Shown: positions 30,005 through 40,276, numbered from the stretch's first letter. The stretch is 64,000 nt of DNA from an uncultured Poribacteria bacterium (GCA_958296135.2 CATQHZ020000001.1:2624001-2688000); one strand, 5' to 3'. Numbers and translations: made by a program. The notes: generated by a model from the sequence alone, not told the origin.

Positions 30005-31543
30005 ATGCAAAGTGCAATGTGGATTACGACAATAGTTCTGTTGTTAGGCAATCTTGGGATACTTGTTTTCTTGCTTAAGCGTCTTGCAGCAAAGGACAAG
30101 ACACAGGACGAGTTACTTGCCCTTCGCGAACTAGTCGCAAAATTGGAAAACGCGATCGGAGAGGAAGTCCCAAGGTTGGAAAAAGCGATCAAAGATGAGG
30201 TTAGGGCAAGTCAAGAGACTACAGCCAATACCCTCACTGTCCAACTTCAAAGTACTGCAGACACACTCGTTGGTGCTGTTGGTACACTTGGCGAAGCACA
30301 ATCGCAGCAATTGGGAAATGTGGTGGAGTCAATCAATAACTTGACGCAAACCAACGAAGAGAAACTCCAAGCCGTGCAGGCAAGCAATGAGACTAAGCTT
30401 GAACAGATACGTCAGTCTGTTAACGAACAACTCCAAACCGCAGTTGACACGCTTGTGACAACTGTCGGCGAACTTGGAGAAACGCAAAAACGCCAACTTG
30501 ATAGCGGGACGAAGGCAATCAACGATTTGACGCAAGCCAACGAAACCAGCATTGAGAATGTGCGAACAACGCTCACTACAGGCCTCAAAGACTTGCAGAC
30601 GAGCAACGAGAGCAAGTTGGAACAGATGCGTCAGACGGTTGACGAACAACTCCAATCAACTTTAGAAAGACGAATTGGAGAATCCTTCAAACTTGTCAGC
30701 ACTCATCTTGAGGCAGTGCAACAAGGACTCGGGGAAATGCAGAACCTTGCAATCGGGGTTGGCGATCTTCAGAAAGTTCTAACAAATGTTAGGACGAGAG
30801 GCACTTGGGGCGAGGTTCAACTGGGAGCACTCCTCGAACAGGTTCTCACGGCAGATCAGTATGATACGAATGTAAGAGTCAAGGAACATTCCCAAGAAGT
30901 TGTTGAGTTCGCGATTCGCCTTCCGGGGAGTGACGACCACCCCAGTTCCTGTCTCTGGTTGCCAATTGATTCTAAGTTCCCGGTTGCGGACTATCAAAGG
31001 TTGGTTGATGCTACTGATTCAGAAACTGAGCAGCGAGCAACTAGAGCGTTCATTCGGACAGTAGAATCCGAAGCCAGGGGTATTCGGGACAAGTACATCG
31101 TGCCACCGAAGACAACGGATTTCGCGATTATGTTCCTGCCTACAGAAGGGCTTTACGCTGAAGTGATCCGCCAGCCAGGCCAAGTGGAGAAACTCCAGAC
31201 AGAATACCGAATAATCGTTGCTGGTCCAACTACTCTAACCGCTATTCTGAACAGCCTACGGCTCGGTTTCCGAACATTGGCGATCCAGCAGCGTTCTAGT
31301 GAGGTCTGGGAGGTTCTTGCCGCTGTCAAGACCGAATTTGATAGATTTGGTGAGGTTATGACTAAGTTGAAACGTCAACTGAACACAGCCACCAAGACTG
31401 TCGAACAAACAAGTGTCCGCACACGAGCGATGGAGCGCAATTTGCGGGAGGTCGAAAAACTTCCGCCAGAAGTATCAGCCGCAAAACTTGGTTTCACGCT
31501 AGAAGAGCACACGATTAATGAGGATGATGCGGATGACTCATAG
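30005..31543 (+). CDS. rmuC: DNA recombination protein RmuC
   Basis: N-terminal TM, long coiled coil, RGTWGEVQL, LPIDSKFP, TTDFAIMFLPTEGLYAE and GPTTL. Confidence 0.92.
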   Translation: MQSAMWITTIVLLLGNLGILVFLLKRLAAKDKTQDELLALRELVAKLENAIGEEVPRLEKAIKDEVRASQETTANTLTVQLQSTADTLVGAVGTLGEAQSQQLGNVVESINNLTQTNEEKLQAVQASNETKLEQIRQSVNEQLQTAVDTLVTTVGELGETQKRQLDSGTKAINDLTQANETSIENVRTTLTTGLKDLQTSNESKLEQMRQTVDEQLQSTLERRIGESFKLVSTHLEAVQQGLGEMQNLAIGVGDLQKVLTNVRTRGTWGEVQLGALLEQVLTADQYDTNVRVKEHSQEVVEFAIRLPGSDDHPSSCLWLPIDSKFPVADYQRLVDATDSETEQRATRAFIRTVESEARGIRDKYIVPPKTTDFAIMFLPTEGLYAEVIRQPGQVEKLQTEYRIIVAGPTTLTAILNSLRLGFRTLAIQQRSSEVWEVLAAVKTEFDRFGEVMTKLKRQLNTATKTVEQTSVRTRAMERNLREVEKLPPEVSAAKLGFTLEEHTINEDDADDS

Positions 31544-32354
31544 GCGTTTCAACCGAATCAACCAGAAATTCCAACAACTCCGAAGCCGAGGCACACCCGC
31601 TTTCATGCCATACCTCTGCGCCGGAGACCCAACGCCTGAACTCACTAGCAAACTCCTCCTCACACTGGAGGCAGCAGGCGCAGACCTCATCGAACTCGGT
31701 GTGCCGTTCTCCGACCCGATTGCAGACGGACCCACCATCCAACGCGCCAGCGAACGCGCACTTACACACGGCATCTCGCTGCAGCAAATCCTGGCGCAAG
31801 TCGCAACGCTCCGCCAGCAGACAGACATCCCCATCGCCTTGATGAGCTACTACAATCCCATCTTCCGAATGGGCGAAGAGGCGTTCTGCCAAGCCGCACA
31901 GGAAGCAGGCGTTGACGGTGTCATCGTCCCAGACCTGCCGCCGGAACAAGCCGAACCGCTACTCGCAGCCGCACCGAAATATAACCTCGCTACCATCTTC
32001 CTCGTCGCACCGACGAGCCCACCAGAACGGATGCAACGCATCGCATCTGTCAGCACCGGGTTCGTCTATTGCGTTTCGTTAACGGGGGTAACGGGGGCGC
32101 GGGCAATGCTGTCGGAAGAAGTCGCGCCGATGATAGCCGAACTCCGCAACCACACGGACAAACCCATCAGCGTCGGCTTTGGTGTCTCCACACCGGAACA
32201 GGCGACGCAGGCAGCGCAAGTCGCCGATGGAGTCATCGTCGGCAGTGCCATCGTCAACGTGATTGAAAAGCATCAGGACGATGAGGAGGAACTGCTATCG
32301 GCAGTGAAGGCGTTTGCATCAGAGCTGGCGGCAGGGGTTACATCCCGCGCGTGA
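31533..32354 (+). CDS. trpA: Tryptophan synthase alpha chain
   Basis: AGDP, IELGVPFSDPIADGPTIQ, YYNP, VPDLP, SLTGVTG and ADGVIVGSA. Confidence 0.96.
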   Translation: MTHRRFNRINQKFQQLRSRGTPAFMPYLCAGDPTPELTSKLLLTLEAAGADLIELGVPFSDPIADGPTIQRASERALTHGISLQQILAQVATLRQQTDIPIALMSYYNPIFRMGEEAFCQAAQEAGVDGVIVPDLPPEQAEPLLAAAPKYNLATIFLVAPTSPPERMQRIASVSTGFVYCVSLTGVTGARAMLSEEVAPMIAELRNHTDKPISVGFGVSTPEQATQAAQVADGVIVGSAIVNVIEKHQDDEEELLSAVKAFASELAAGVTSRA

Positions 32355-33303
32355 TGCCGAATTCCGCCTCAAACGCCTCCCAGATTTCAGGAGGGAGCTC
32401 GGCAGTCGCGGCTTCATAGCCCTCTTCGATCTGCACCGTATCCGCAGGCCCGAACATCACAACGCCATCTATCGGCGCGGCGAGGCAAAACTGCATCGCT
32501 AGATGGCGGATGTTAACGCCGCGTTCCTGACACCATTTCCACATCGCACGCGCCTTAGGCTCGGCATCCGGATTGCGCCGACGTTCATCTTCAACGTTCG
32601 GCTCCGCGCCGGTTAAACTTCCCATCCCCAACGGGCTCGCGAGGATGATGCCGATGTCATGTTCGCGCGCCAACGGCAACGTCGTCTCTGCAACCGATTG
32701 CGACAACAGCGTATAGTCCAAAAAGGTGAGGATGATGTCAATATGCCCTGTCTCAATGAACTCCCGATGAAAATCGTGTGAACGCACGCCGGCACCGATA
32801 TGCCGAATGTAGCCTGCCGCTTTCATCTCCACCAGCGTATCCAACGCGCGCCCCGGGGCCAACACACTCTCCATGTCAACAGCATCGTGAATTAACACCG
32901 CATCCAGATAATCGGTGCGGAGGTGCTTGAGGCTGTTCATGACGCTCCACCGCGTTCCATCCGCCGAGAAATCTTTCCGTCGTTCCGGGTGCGTGCCAAC
33001 CTTCGCCTGCAAGTAAATCTGAGCACGCAACGTCCCAGTAGCAGGGCTCTCCCGGTCCCGACTCCCCTGGGTACCGGTGGGAGCAACTCCCCAGTCCCGA
33101 TGCTCTGATAAAGCCGCCCCCCAAAGATGCTCAGCATGGCCCGGATAGGTGTCAATATAGTTAATCCCGAGTTCAATCGCGCGTCGGATGCCGCCGATGA
33201 CTTCGGCATCGGGTTTCTGCCATAACCATGCCGCGCCGAGCGCAAGCGAATTTGGACGCATCTCGGTGCGCCCGAGGCGGCGTTGCTCTAATTTTGAGGA
33301 CAT
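32338..33303 (-). CDS. Aldo/keto reductase containing a REP-derived insert
   Basis: RRLGRT, GINYIDT, SLKHLRTDYLD..LIHD and ASPLGMG. Confidence 0.88.
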   Translation of the reverse strand: MSSKLEQRRLGRTEMRPNSLALGAAWLWQKPDAEVIGGIRRAIELGINYIDTYPGHAEHLWGAALSEHRDWGVAPTGTQGSRDRESPATGTLRAQIYLQAKVGTHPERRKDFSADGTRWSVMNSLKHLRTDYLDAVLIHDAVDMESVLAPGRALDTLVEMKAAGYIRHIGAGVRSHDFHREFIETGHIDIILTFLDYTLLSQSVAETTLPLAREHDIGIILASPLGMGSLTGAEPNVEDERRRNPDAEPKARAMWKWCQERGVNIRHLAMQFCLAAPIDGVVMFGPADTVQIEEGYEAATAELPPEIWEAFEAEFGITRGM

Positions 33304-33531
33304 CAGCCTATCTCCTCGCAATATGAACGGGCGGATAGAGACATCCGCCCCCTACAAAACTAATACCAAATGAGGTTGATTCGTCTTTCTCTGTAGGTTA
33401 AGAGCTCCCAAACTTGACCCGAGTGTCATACAGGGAATGGCACTGAGCTATTCCCAGCTCAGCGCCAGGCTCCCGATGTCACTAATATCGGAGGGTTGCG
33501 AGCCCGAACAACAGACATTAATCTGATATTA

Positions 33532-34149
33532 TCAAGATTCTGTGGCGAGCGCGCGTCTTAATTTATGCGTCGACTCGGCAAGCGACTCTTGCAAATACGG
33601 ATACGGAAAACCACCCCACCGGTCTGGCGGTGGCTCCGCCGCTTCCGCAATCTTTAGATTGACAAAGACGGGGCCCGCTTCCTTCTCACGCCTACCTTTC
33701 AGGATTTTCGGGAGAGCGGTATCAAGCGCGTCCGCCTCCTCAAATTCATAAACCTGCTGAAAACCGACACCTTTGGCAACCGTTGGCCAACTAAAACCAC
33801 GGTTGCCGGGGACAGGTTGATTCCCCGTAACCTCATACGTGCCGTTGTCGCACACGAACAGCGTATAGTTAGAAGGCGGCGTGCGCAGCCCCGTAATCGT
33901 CGCCAGCGTGCCGAGGCACATCAACATGCTTCCATCGCCGTTCAGCACGATAACCTCTCTCTCCGGCCTCGCCAGCGCGATGCCGAGCGCAAAGTCGGCG
34001 GCGTGTCCCATCGCACTGCCCACGGAAGCATAGTCCAGCGGATGTGTTGACAATTTTGCCCACGGCACGGTTAATCCCATCGTCGTGACGACAACCTCGT
34101 CAGCCCGATGTTTGGCGATAAGGCGTAGACATTCTTCTTTTTGCAGCAT
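33532..34149 (-). CDS. TPP-binding protein (sulfopyruvate/phosphonopyruvate decarboxylase beta-subunit-like)
   Basis: SAMGHA, NGDGSMLM and DNGTYEVTG; GGAG RBS before the ATG at 34149. Confidence 0.85.
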   Translation of the reverse strand: MLQKEECLRLIAKHRADEVVVTTMGLTVPWAKLSTHPLDYASVGSAMGHAADFALGIALARPEREVIVLNGDGSMLMCLGTLATITGLRTPPSNYTLFVCDNGTYEVTGNQPVPGNRGFSWPTVAKGVGFQQVYEFEEADALDTALPKILKGRREKEAGPVFVNLKIAEAAEPPPDRWGGFPYPYLQESLAESTHKLRRALATES

Positions 34150-34228
34150 TGATGTTTCTCCAATTTGCAATTTGCGGTAGGCGCGCCCTCCCGGTCGCGA
34201 CGTACTCGTATCAAGACTGGGATATCCG

Positions 34229-35662
34229 CTATTTTTCTTCTGGCGGCAAGAACTTGATTTTCGGAGGTGTCTCCATCGCGGTGGCGGTAATCTGGACATG
34301 CTGCGCGAATTCGGTTTCAGTCTCGATTCCATCAGTGCCGCCACCCCAGATAGCAAACGCGCGATAACTGAACCGCCCCTCCGCATCGGGTTCCAAAGTC
34401 AACGACAAAAGGGGGCCCTCTTCGGATACGGAATTGTCGCCCTCAGTTGTCGGATAAATCAGTGCCACGCCGAGCGGGGCTAAGCCTGCCGGATCTGTGC
34501 CCCAACTCCACAGCCACCCCTGTTTCTCGTTGGAATCCGCTGCGCTACCCAAATTCGGAATGCCTGTGACGATAGCGTAATCCGTTGGCAACCCTTTCAC
34601 ATAGATGTGATGTTCAAGCCACGGCAAGTCGCCATAAATAAACACGGTTGACGTGAGTTGGAACGTTTCACCGTTAAACTGCAAGTTCGGAAAAATCCGT
34701 TGCACAATCGATCTGATGGCTCCGTTCGCGAGGATTCGGACGTAGTCGCCTTCCGCCGGAATCGGAATCAGTTCCGATTTCGCTTTATCCCACAGCGCAA
34801 ACCCGCCGCACCCAATGAGCCCATCCCACGGCGTTAACGCAACCAGATTGCCATCCCCGGTAGGCGCGCTTTTCAAGCGCGCAAGCGCGTTCAGTGACAA
34901 CCCAATCGATTTGGAAAAGTTGAGCTGCTCCTCGGATTTGCGGACAAAGTAGGGCTGTCGATTCTCAAGATCCGTCAACACCCACTGCTCCTCCGGTTTC
35001 TCAACCGATATCTCAATCTGCTGGCCGAGAGTGATATCATTGCTCTCAAAATGGAGACGAAACTCTGGTGAAAGCGGGTGCTCATAGTCCAATTCACTCT
35101 GGAACACCGGATCAACGCTGAACAATTCCGCGCGCTTCTTGCCATACGCGACAATCGCGCCATCGGGTTTCAACACATACGCGATGCGGTTGGATTCCAT
35201 CGCCGCCACGGCACCCAACTCAGGAAAGATACCTGCCCGCGTCTGTTTATTGAGTACCAAGGTTAATTCCGCCTTCACGTTTGCGTCGTAGAGAATGGAG
35301 AGTTCTTTCGTCTCATCCGGCTCCAAATCCAGCAAGAAACTGAGCCGGTCGCGCTCGCCATCGTAGTCCAAGTCATCGGCTTGCGAGGGAAGCATCGTCT
35401 CCCGCGGTGCCTTGCCGGCAACTACCGAATATGCCTTAAAGGAGAAATCCCGATTGACTTTTCGGAGCTGCTCCGCTGTCAACACTATCGGGACATTTTT
35501 CCGGTGGATAGGCAGCGTATTTTGGACAGAAAGGCGAATCTTGCTAATCTTCTGGTTACCGCCCGGCACCGTGCAACTGCCAAGCATCAGCAGAAAACCC
35601 AGAATAATCCACAAAGAGGCGCGAGCATAACCTTGAACGTTATTTTGTGTCTGTCTAATCAA
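34229..35662 (-). CDS. Lipoprotein, DUF4861-like
   Basis: Lipobox LGSC, PSQADDLDYDG, AMESNRIAY, GCGGF and ILANGAIRS. Confidence 0.65.
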   Translation of the reverse strand: MIRQTQNNVQGYARASLWIILGFLLMLGSCTVPGGNQKISKIRLSVQNTLPIHRKNVPIVLTAEQLRKVNRDFSFKAYSVVAGKAPRETMLPSQADDLDYDGERDRLSFLLDLEPDETKELSILYDANVKAELTLVLNKQTRAGIFPELGAVAAMESNRIAYVLKPDGAIVAYGKKRAELFSVDPVFQSELDYEHPLSPEFRLHFESNDITLGQQIEISVEKPEEQWVLTDLENRQPYFVRKSEEQLNFSKSIGLSLNALARLKSAPTGDGNLVALTPWDGLIGCGGFALWDKAKSELIPIPAEGDYVRILANGAIRSIVQRIFPNLQFNGETFQLTSTVFIYGDLPWLEHHIYVKGLPTDYAIVTGIPNLGSAADSNEKQGWLWSWGTDPAGLAPLGVALIYPTTEGDNSVSEEGPLLSLTLEPDAEGRFSYRAFAIWGGGTDGIETETEFAQHVQITATAMETPPKIKFLPPEEK

Positions 35663-35864
35663 TTTTTCCCTTTCCTTTGTTCCGATTTTGACGCAGTGCT
35701 GTTCTGTTTACAGAACAGCACATCTTCGGCAGGGTTTGGCTTTGCAAACCCTGCCTACGTCAAAATCGGCGAAGGGCGGATGTCTCTATCCGCCCGTTCC
35801 CATTTTCCGTTGGATGTGTCGTTTTCAGACGGTTTCTTTTCAAAAATCCACTGCCGATTTTATC

Positions 35865-37001
35865 TCATAAAACCGGGAGCACTTCAAGCAAACGATTTAT
35901 TTCCAATTCCGTGTTGTAAAAATGCGGTGAGACTCTCACACCGCTACCGCGCTCCGCCGTGATAATGTTGTGGACATGGAGCAACTCGTAAATGTCGGCA
36001 GGTGAATACCGAGGGCTCTCAAAGATGACAATCCCCGCCCGCGCCGCATCCTCTTTCGGTGTGATGACGCGATACCCTTTCGCCTCTAACCCCGCCATTA
36101 AATGTGCAGTGAGCCCCAAAACGCGCGCTTCAACGGTAGCGAGGCCCACCTCTAGCAACAACTCGAGCGCTGCCTTGAGCCCATACAAACCAACGCTGTT
36201 GTAAGAGCCCTCTTCAAATCGAGTCGCGTCCGGTTTTTGGGTGAGCTCATAGTTGAGGAAATCGCGCGGATTCACGACGCTTGCCCAGCCGACATTCGTG
36301 TTGATGAGCCGTTCCAATTTTCCGGCGGCACAATAGAAAATCGCCGCGCCTTCCGGTGCCAGCAGCCACTTATGTCCATCGGCAGCGAGGATGTCAATGT
36401 GAGCAGCCTTGACATCAACCGCAATTGCGCCGAGGCTCTGAATCGCGTCAACGACGAACCAGATATCGCGTTCTCGGCAGAGTTTCCCAATCGCCTGAAT
36501 GTCATTGCGGAAGCCGGAGGCGAATTCAACGTGGCTAATCGTTACAGCACGCGTGCGCGCGTCAATAGCAGCAGCAATATCCGCAACGTCGATGCAGCCC
36601 TCTCGTTCTGGCACCATGCGCGTTTCAACGCCGTAACGTTCCTTCAAACTCCACCACGGATAGATATTGGCAGGAAACTCAACTGCTGTCGTGACAACGT
36701 TGTCCCCTGCACGCCAATCGATGCCGTTCGCCGCGATGAGGATACCCTGCGTCGTGTTCTTCATGAACGCAATTTCTGTGGCATCGGCGTTGAGGAGGCG
36801 CGCGGCCGCGACGCGGCATTCTTCCGCCGCTTCTGCCCACCGTTCCGCATGGACAGCACCGTTCACGGTGGCATCTTCCACGAACCCCACCATCGCCTCT
36901 CTCACCCTACCCGATAACGGCGCGACACCGGCGTGGTTCATGTAGATGCAGTTTTCGGTTACCGGAAATTCGGCGCGCCAGGTATCAGCATGGATATTCA
37001 A
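35865..37001 (-). CDS. Class V PLP-dependent aminotransferase / cysteine-desulfurase-like protein
   Basis: YMNHAGVAP, EFPAN, VVDAIQ, DGHKWLLAPEG and RVSPHFYN; TTG start after AAGGA. Confidence 0.9.
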   Translation of the reverse strand: MNIHADTWRAEFPVTENCIYMNHAGVAPLSGRVREAMVGFVEDATVNGAVHAERWAEAAEECRVAAARLLNADATEIAFMKNTTQGILIAANGIDWRAGDNVVTTAVEFPANIYPWWSLKERYGVETRMVPEREGCIDVADIAAAIDARTRAVTISHVEFASGFRNDIQAIGKLCRERDIWFVVDAIQSLGAIAVDVKAAHIDILAADGHKWLLAPEGAAIFYCAAGKLERLINTNVGWASVVNPRDFLNYELTQKPDATRFEEGSYNSVGLYGLKAALELLLEVGLATVEARVLGLTAHLMAGLEAKGYRVITPKEDAARAGIVIFESPRYSPADIYELLHVHNIITAERGSGVRVSPHFYNTELEINRLLEVLPVL

Positions 37002-37198
37002 AGCGTATTCCTTTCCCGCTTTGTCCGGGAGGATGTCCATATCCGCCCCGTTCCCCCGGAACCAGCGGCCAGCAGAAGCATTCAGTTGTCCCGTTTCTGT
37101 AGTTCGGAATGAATTCGCCGCCGCCCGGACTCGCAGTGTCCGGGCGGATGTCTCTATCCATCCAAAACACGCACGTAGACGACTATAGAAAACAGCTC

Positions 37199-38488
37199 TT
37201 ACAGCAACGTTTTCACCTTGTAATCCTTCACTTTATCGGCGTTCGCAAACGCGACGAGCTCACCCAATATACCGAACCAGAACACCAAGGCACCACCGTG
37301 CATTAAAATCTGCACGAGGTGCATTAACAGAAGCGTATAGAGGATCATATCCCAGTATAGCAGTAGGAGGATGCCGCTTGACGCTAGCATCAACGCGCCG
37401 ATGGGACCGAAAATTCTTATCGGGCGTCGCCTACAGACGAACATGAAGAACCACGCGAGTTTGCCCAAATCTGCGGATTGCTGCGCATGCACAATAGCAC
37501 GTGCTGTCATCCACCCCATGCCTAGTGCGGCCAGTCCCAAGCCTAAACTGATGAATGCCGAGCGCGTGAAAAGCGCGTCTTGAGTCACGAGGAGAATACC
37601 GCCGAAAGCCAAGAAAGGAATACCAAAGCCCCTAGAGTAACTCAACGCAGTCTCTTTCGGATTGTTGCGCTGCTTTCCATCGCGTTTCGGTTTTTCCCTG
37701 AGCCTCGGCGTAAAGCCTGTCAGGATAAACGAGAATGCAATCAAATCCAGCAGCACACGCCAAATCCTGCCAAGCCCATATTTACTTGTCCCGAAACGGC
37801 GTGGATGGTGCGTGACTACCACTTCGGTGCTGAGTGCAAGGACTACCCTAGACATTACCGGAATAAATCGGTGCATCTCGCCGTAAAGCGGCACCTGCTT
37901 AATCATCGCCGCCCGATAGGCCTTCAGCGAACACCCGGTGTCGTGAATCGAAATACCTGTCACCTTGCGGATGAGCCAATTGGCAACGACAGAAGGCACA
38001 CGCCGCGTCCAGAGTTTATCCTGCCGGTCCTTCCGCCAGCCGCAAACCAGGTCATAACCGCGGTCAAGTTGTCTAAGTAACCGCGGGATATCGCCCGGGT
38101 CATTCTGCAAATCGCCGTCCATGCTGACGATGTACTCGCCGCGGGCGTATTCAAACCCCGCCGCCATCGCCGCTGTCTGCCCGGCATTCTTTTCAAACCG
38201 GATAACGCGTAAGGCACCGCGCTTGGAAATCGCGCCGACAGGGCGAGATTCACCAGTAGACTCGTTTTGGCAACGCGCACACAGTTCCTCGTGCAATGCA
38301 GAAAGCACCGCGAACGTGTCGTCCTGGCTGCCATCGTCTACGAATAGCACTTCGTATGTTACGTAGATTTCCTCGCACACCGCGTGAATCTTCTCAAACA
38401 GCGGACGAACGTTCGCCTCTTCGTTGTAAACGGGCACGACGATTGAGAGAGATGGTGTTTCGTTTTGAATCTCAGCTGCTGTTTCCAA
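37199..38488 (-). CDS. Glycosyltransferase family 2 (ArnC/DPM-like) with C-terminal TMs and a REP-derived insert
   Basis: VVPVYNEE, VDDGSQD, MDGDLQND, HDTGCSLKAYR and YGEMHRFIP. Confidence 0.9.
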   Translation of the reverse strand: METAAEIQNETPSLSIVVPVYNEEANVRPLFEKIHAVCEEIYVTYEVLFVDDGSQDDTFAVLSALHEELCARCQNESTGESRPVGAISKRGALRVIRFEKNAGQTAAMAAGFEYARGEYIVSMDGDLQNDPGDIPRLLRQLDRGYDLVCGWRKDRQDKLWTRRVPSVVANWLIRKVTGISIHDTGCSLKAYRAAMIKQVPLYGEMHRFIPVMSRVVLALSTEVVVTHHPRRFGTSKYGLGRIWRVLLDLIAFSFILTGFTPRLREKPKRDGKQRNNPKETALSYSRGFGIPFLAFGGILLVTQDALFTRSAFISLGLGLAALGMGWMTARAIVHAQQSADLGKLAWFFMFVCRRRPIRIFGPIGALMLASSGILLLLYWDMILYTLLLMHLVQILMHGGALVFWFGILGELVAFANADKVKDYKVKTLL

Positions 38489-38546
38489 ATCTATTCCCTA
38501 TAAACATTCCACCCCTAAAGCGGTTTTAAAGGAATGGGTGCTTTCC

Positions 38547-39302
38547 CTAGCCCAAAAGAATGTGATGCGCCTCGGTCAGCGCGTCAAAAGTGCCCGCGTC
38601 AACCCACTTCCCCTGCACGATGCTATATTCAAGCACCCCGCGGCGGATATACACGTTGTTGACAGCAGTTATCTCGTATTCGCCGCGCGCGGAGGGCTCA
38701 ATCATGCGGATAATGTCAAACACGGCTGCATCGTAAAAATAGACACCTACCACAGCGTAATCGCTTTTCGGGTGCTGCGGTTTCTCCTCAATCGCAACGA
38801 TGTGGTGGCTTTCCAAAGTTGCCACACCGTAACGCTGCGGATCTGGCACCTGTTTGAGCATCACGCGGGCACCCTCGCGCTGCGCTTGGAAATCAGTAAT
38901 CGCGGGCTGAATAGGCGATTCAAAAATGTTATCGCCGAGGAGGACGACACTCTTGCCGCCAGCAGCGAATCCCTCCGCCAACGCGAGCGCGTGCGCAATG
39001 CCTTTCGCCTCATCCTGCACCCGATAAGTGAACTCACACCCGAACTCGGCACCGCCGCCAAGCACCTTCACAAAATCGCCGACATACTGCGGATTCGTCA
39101 CGATGAGGATATCCGTAATCCCCGCTGACGTGAGCTGCTTAACGCAGTGAAAAATCATCGGTTCATTGCCTACCGGCAGCAGGTGCTTACTCGTCACTTT
39201 GGTGAGCGGATGGAGACGGGTGCCTAACCCACCTGCAAGGATTACGCCTTTGAGTTTTTCGTCTCTCGCAATGCGTTCGGCGGACATTTGTTGTAGTTTC
39301 AT
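38547..39302 (-). CDS. Sugar-1-phosphate nucleotidyltransferase (RmlA/SpsI-like)
   Basis: GVILAGGLGTRL.PLT..SKHLLPV, LGDN, EEKP, RGEYEIT and WVDAGT. Confidence 0.9.
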   Translation of the reverse strand: MKLQQMSAERIARDEKLKGVILAGGLGTRLHPLTKVTSKHLLPVGNEPMIFHCVKQLTSAGITDILIVTNPQYVGDFVKVLGGGAEFGCEFTYRVQDEAKGIAHALALAEGFAAGGKSVVLLGDNIFESPIQPAITDFQAQREGARVMLKQVPDPQRYGVATLESHHIVAIEEKPQHPKSDYAVVGVYFYDAAVFDIIRMIEPSARGEYEITAVNNVYIRRGVLEYSIVQGKWVDAGTFDALTEAHHILLG

Positions 39303-39370
39303 GTCCCTCCACTAGTGCTGTTTCTGTCGTTTGGGCGTTACCAAACACGGCAAGAGCTGCCGAACGCGCC

Positions 39371-40276
39371 CTACTTAGCACTTTCTCCTCGGCCAGGAAA
39401 CGTCAACTCGGCGACACCCGACTTATCCAATTCACCCAAACCCAATTCGATCATCTTGTCATACTGCGCTTTCGTCGCCTGCGCTAACGGAAGGGCAATG
39501 CCGGCCGCGCCCGCTAAATCCAGTGCGATGCCCGAATCTTTCGATGCATGCGCCGCCGAAAAATAGCACTCGTGGTCCCGGAGCTGCATGTCTTCGCCAT
39601 CTGTCTCCAACACGCGAGAATTCGCCCCGGTTTGCGCGAAGACCTCCTGCAATATCTCAAGATCGAGTCCGAGTGCCGCACCCAGTCCGAGTCCCTCCGC
39701 GAGTCCAGCCGTGTTGATGTTCATCACCATGTTGACGAGTGCCTTGACTTGCGCTGCCTGTCCCGCCGGCCCGATGTAACGGAGGGAGATGCTCATCGAA
39801 TCAAGAATAGCACGAGCCCTGTCAAACGTCTCTTTTTTCCCGCCGCACATCAGATAGAGCTTGCCCTCCCGTGCCTGCGTAATGCTACTCGCCATGCACC
39901 CTTCCAAGCTCTCCGCCTCATGCTTTTCCGCGAGTTGTTCTACCTCAACGTGGACATGAGGACTAATCGTGGCGCAGTTAATGAAAAGTTTACAGCACGC
40001 GCCAGTGAGCAGGCTGTCCTCCGCATCTTCTGCGAAGACCTGGCGCATCGCCGCGTCGTCCGTGACAACGGTGATAATATAGTCGGCGTTCGCCGTAACC
40101 TGCGCCAATTTATCCGCCGCGACCGCGCCGAGTTCCGTGGCGAGCTCCTGTGCGCGTTCGCTTGCTACATCGTAAACGACGGTGACGTTGAACCCATCAT
40201 CGTTCAGGTGCCGAGCGATGTTCGCGCCCATCCTCCCGACACCCACAACGCCAATATTGTACGCACTGTTTTCCAT
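39371..40276 (-). CDS. NAD(P)-dependent beta-hydroxyacid dehydrogenase (3-hydroxyisobutyrate/6PGD family)
   Basis: GVVGVGRMG, LMCGG, KALVN and KDSGIA; AAGGAGG RBS. Confidence 0.88.
   Translation of the reverse strand: MENSAYNIGVVGVGRMGANIARHLNDDGFNVTVVYDVASERAQELATELGAVAADKLAQVTANADYIITVVTDDAAMRQVFAEDAEDSLLTGACCKLFINCATISPHVHVEVEQLAEKHEAESLEGCMASSITQAREGKLYLMCGGKKETFDRARAILDSMSISLRYIGPAGQAAQVKALVNMVMNINTAGLAEGLGLGAALGLDLEILQEVFAQTGANSRVLETDGEDMQLRDHECYFSAAHASKDSGIALDLAGAAGIALPLAQATKAQYDKMIELGLGELDKSGVAELTFPGRGESAK

Noticed and set aside
33676-33696. Further intragenic REP in the TPP-binding gene (KGRREKEA)
   Set aside because: Only GGTAGGCGTG matches family C and there is no hairpin, so it is too weak to count; similar weak hints in the xdhC tail and at about 62140-62180 were also excluded.
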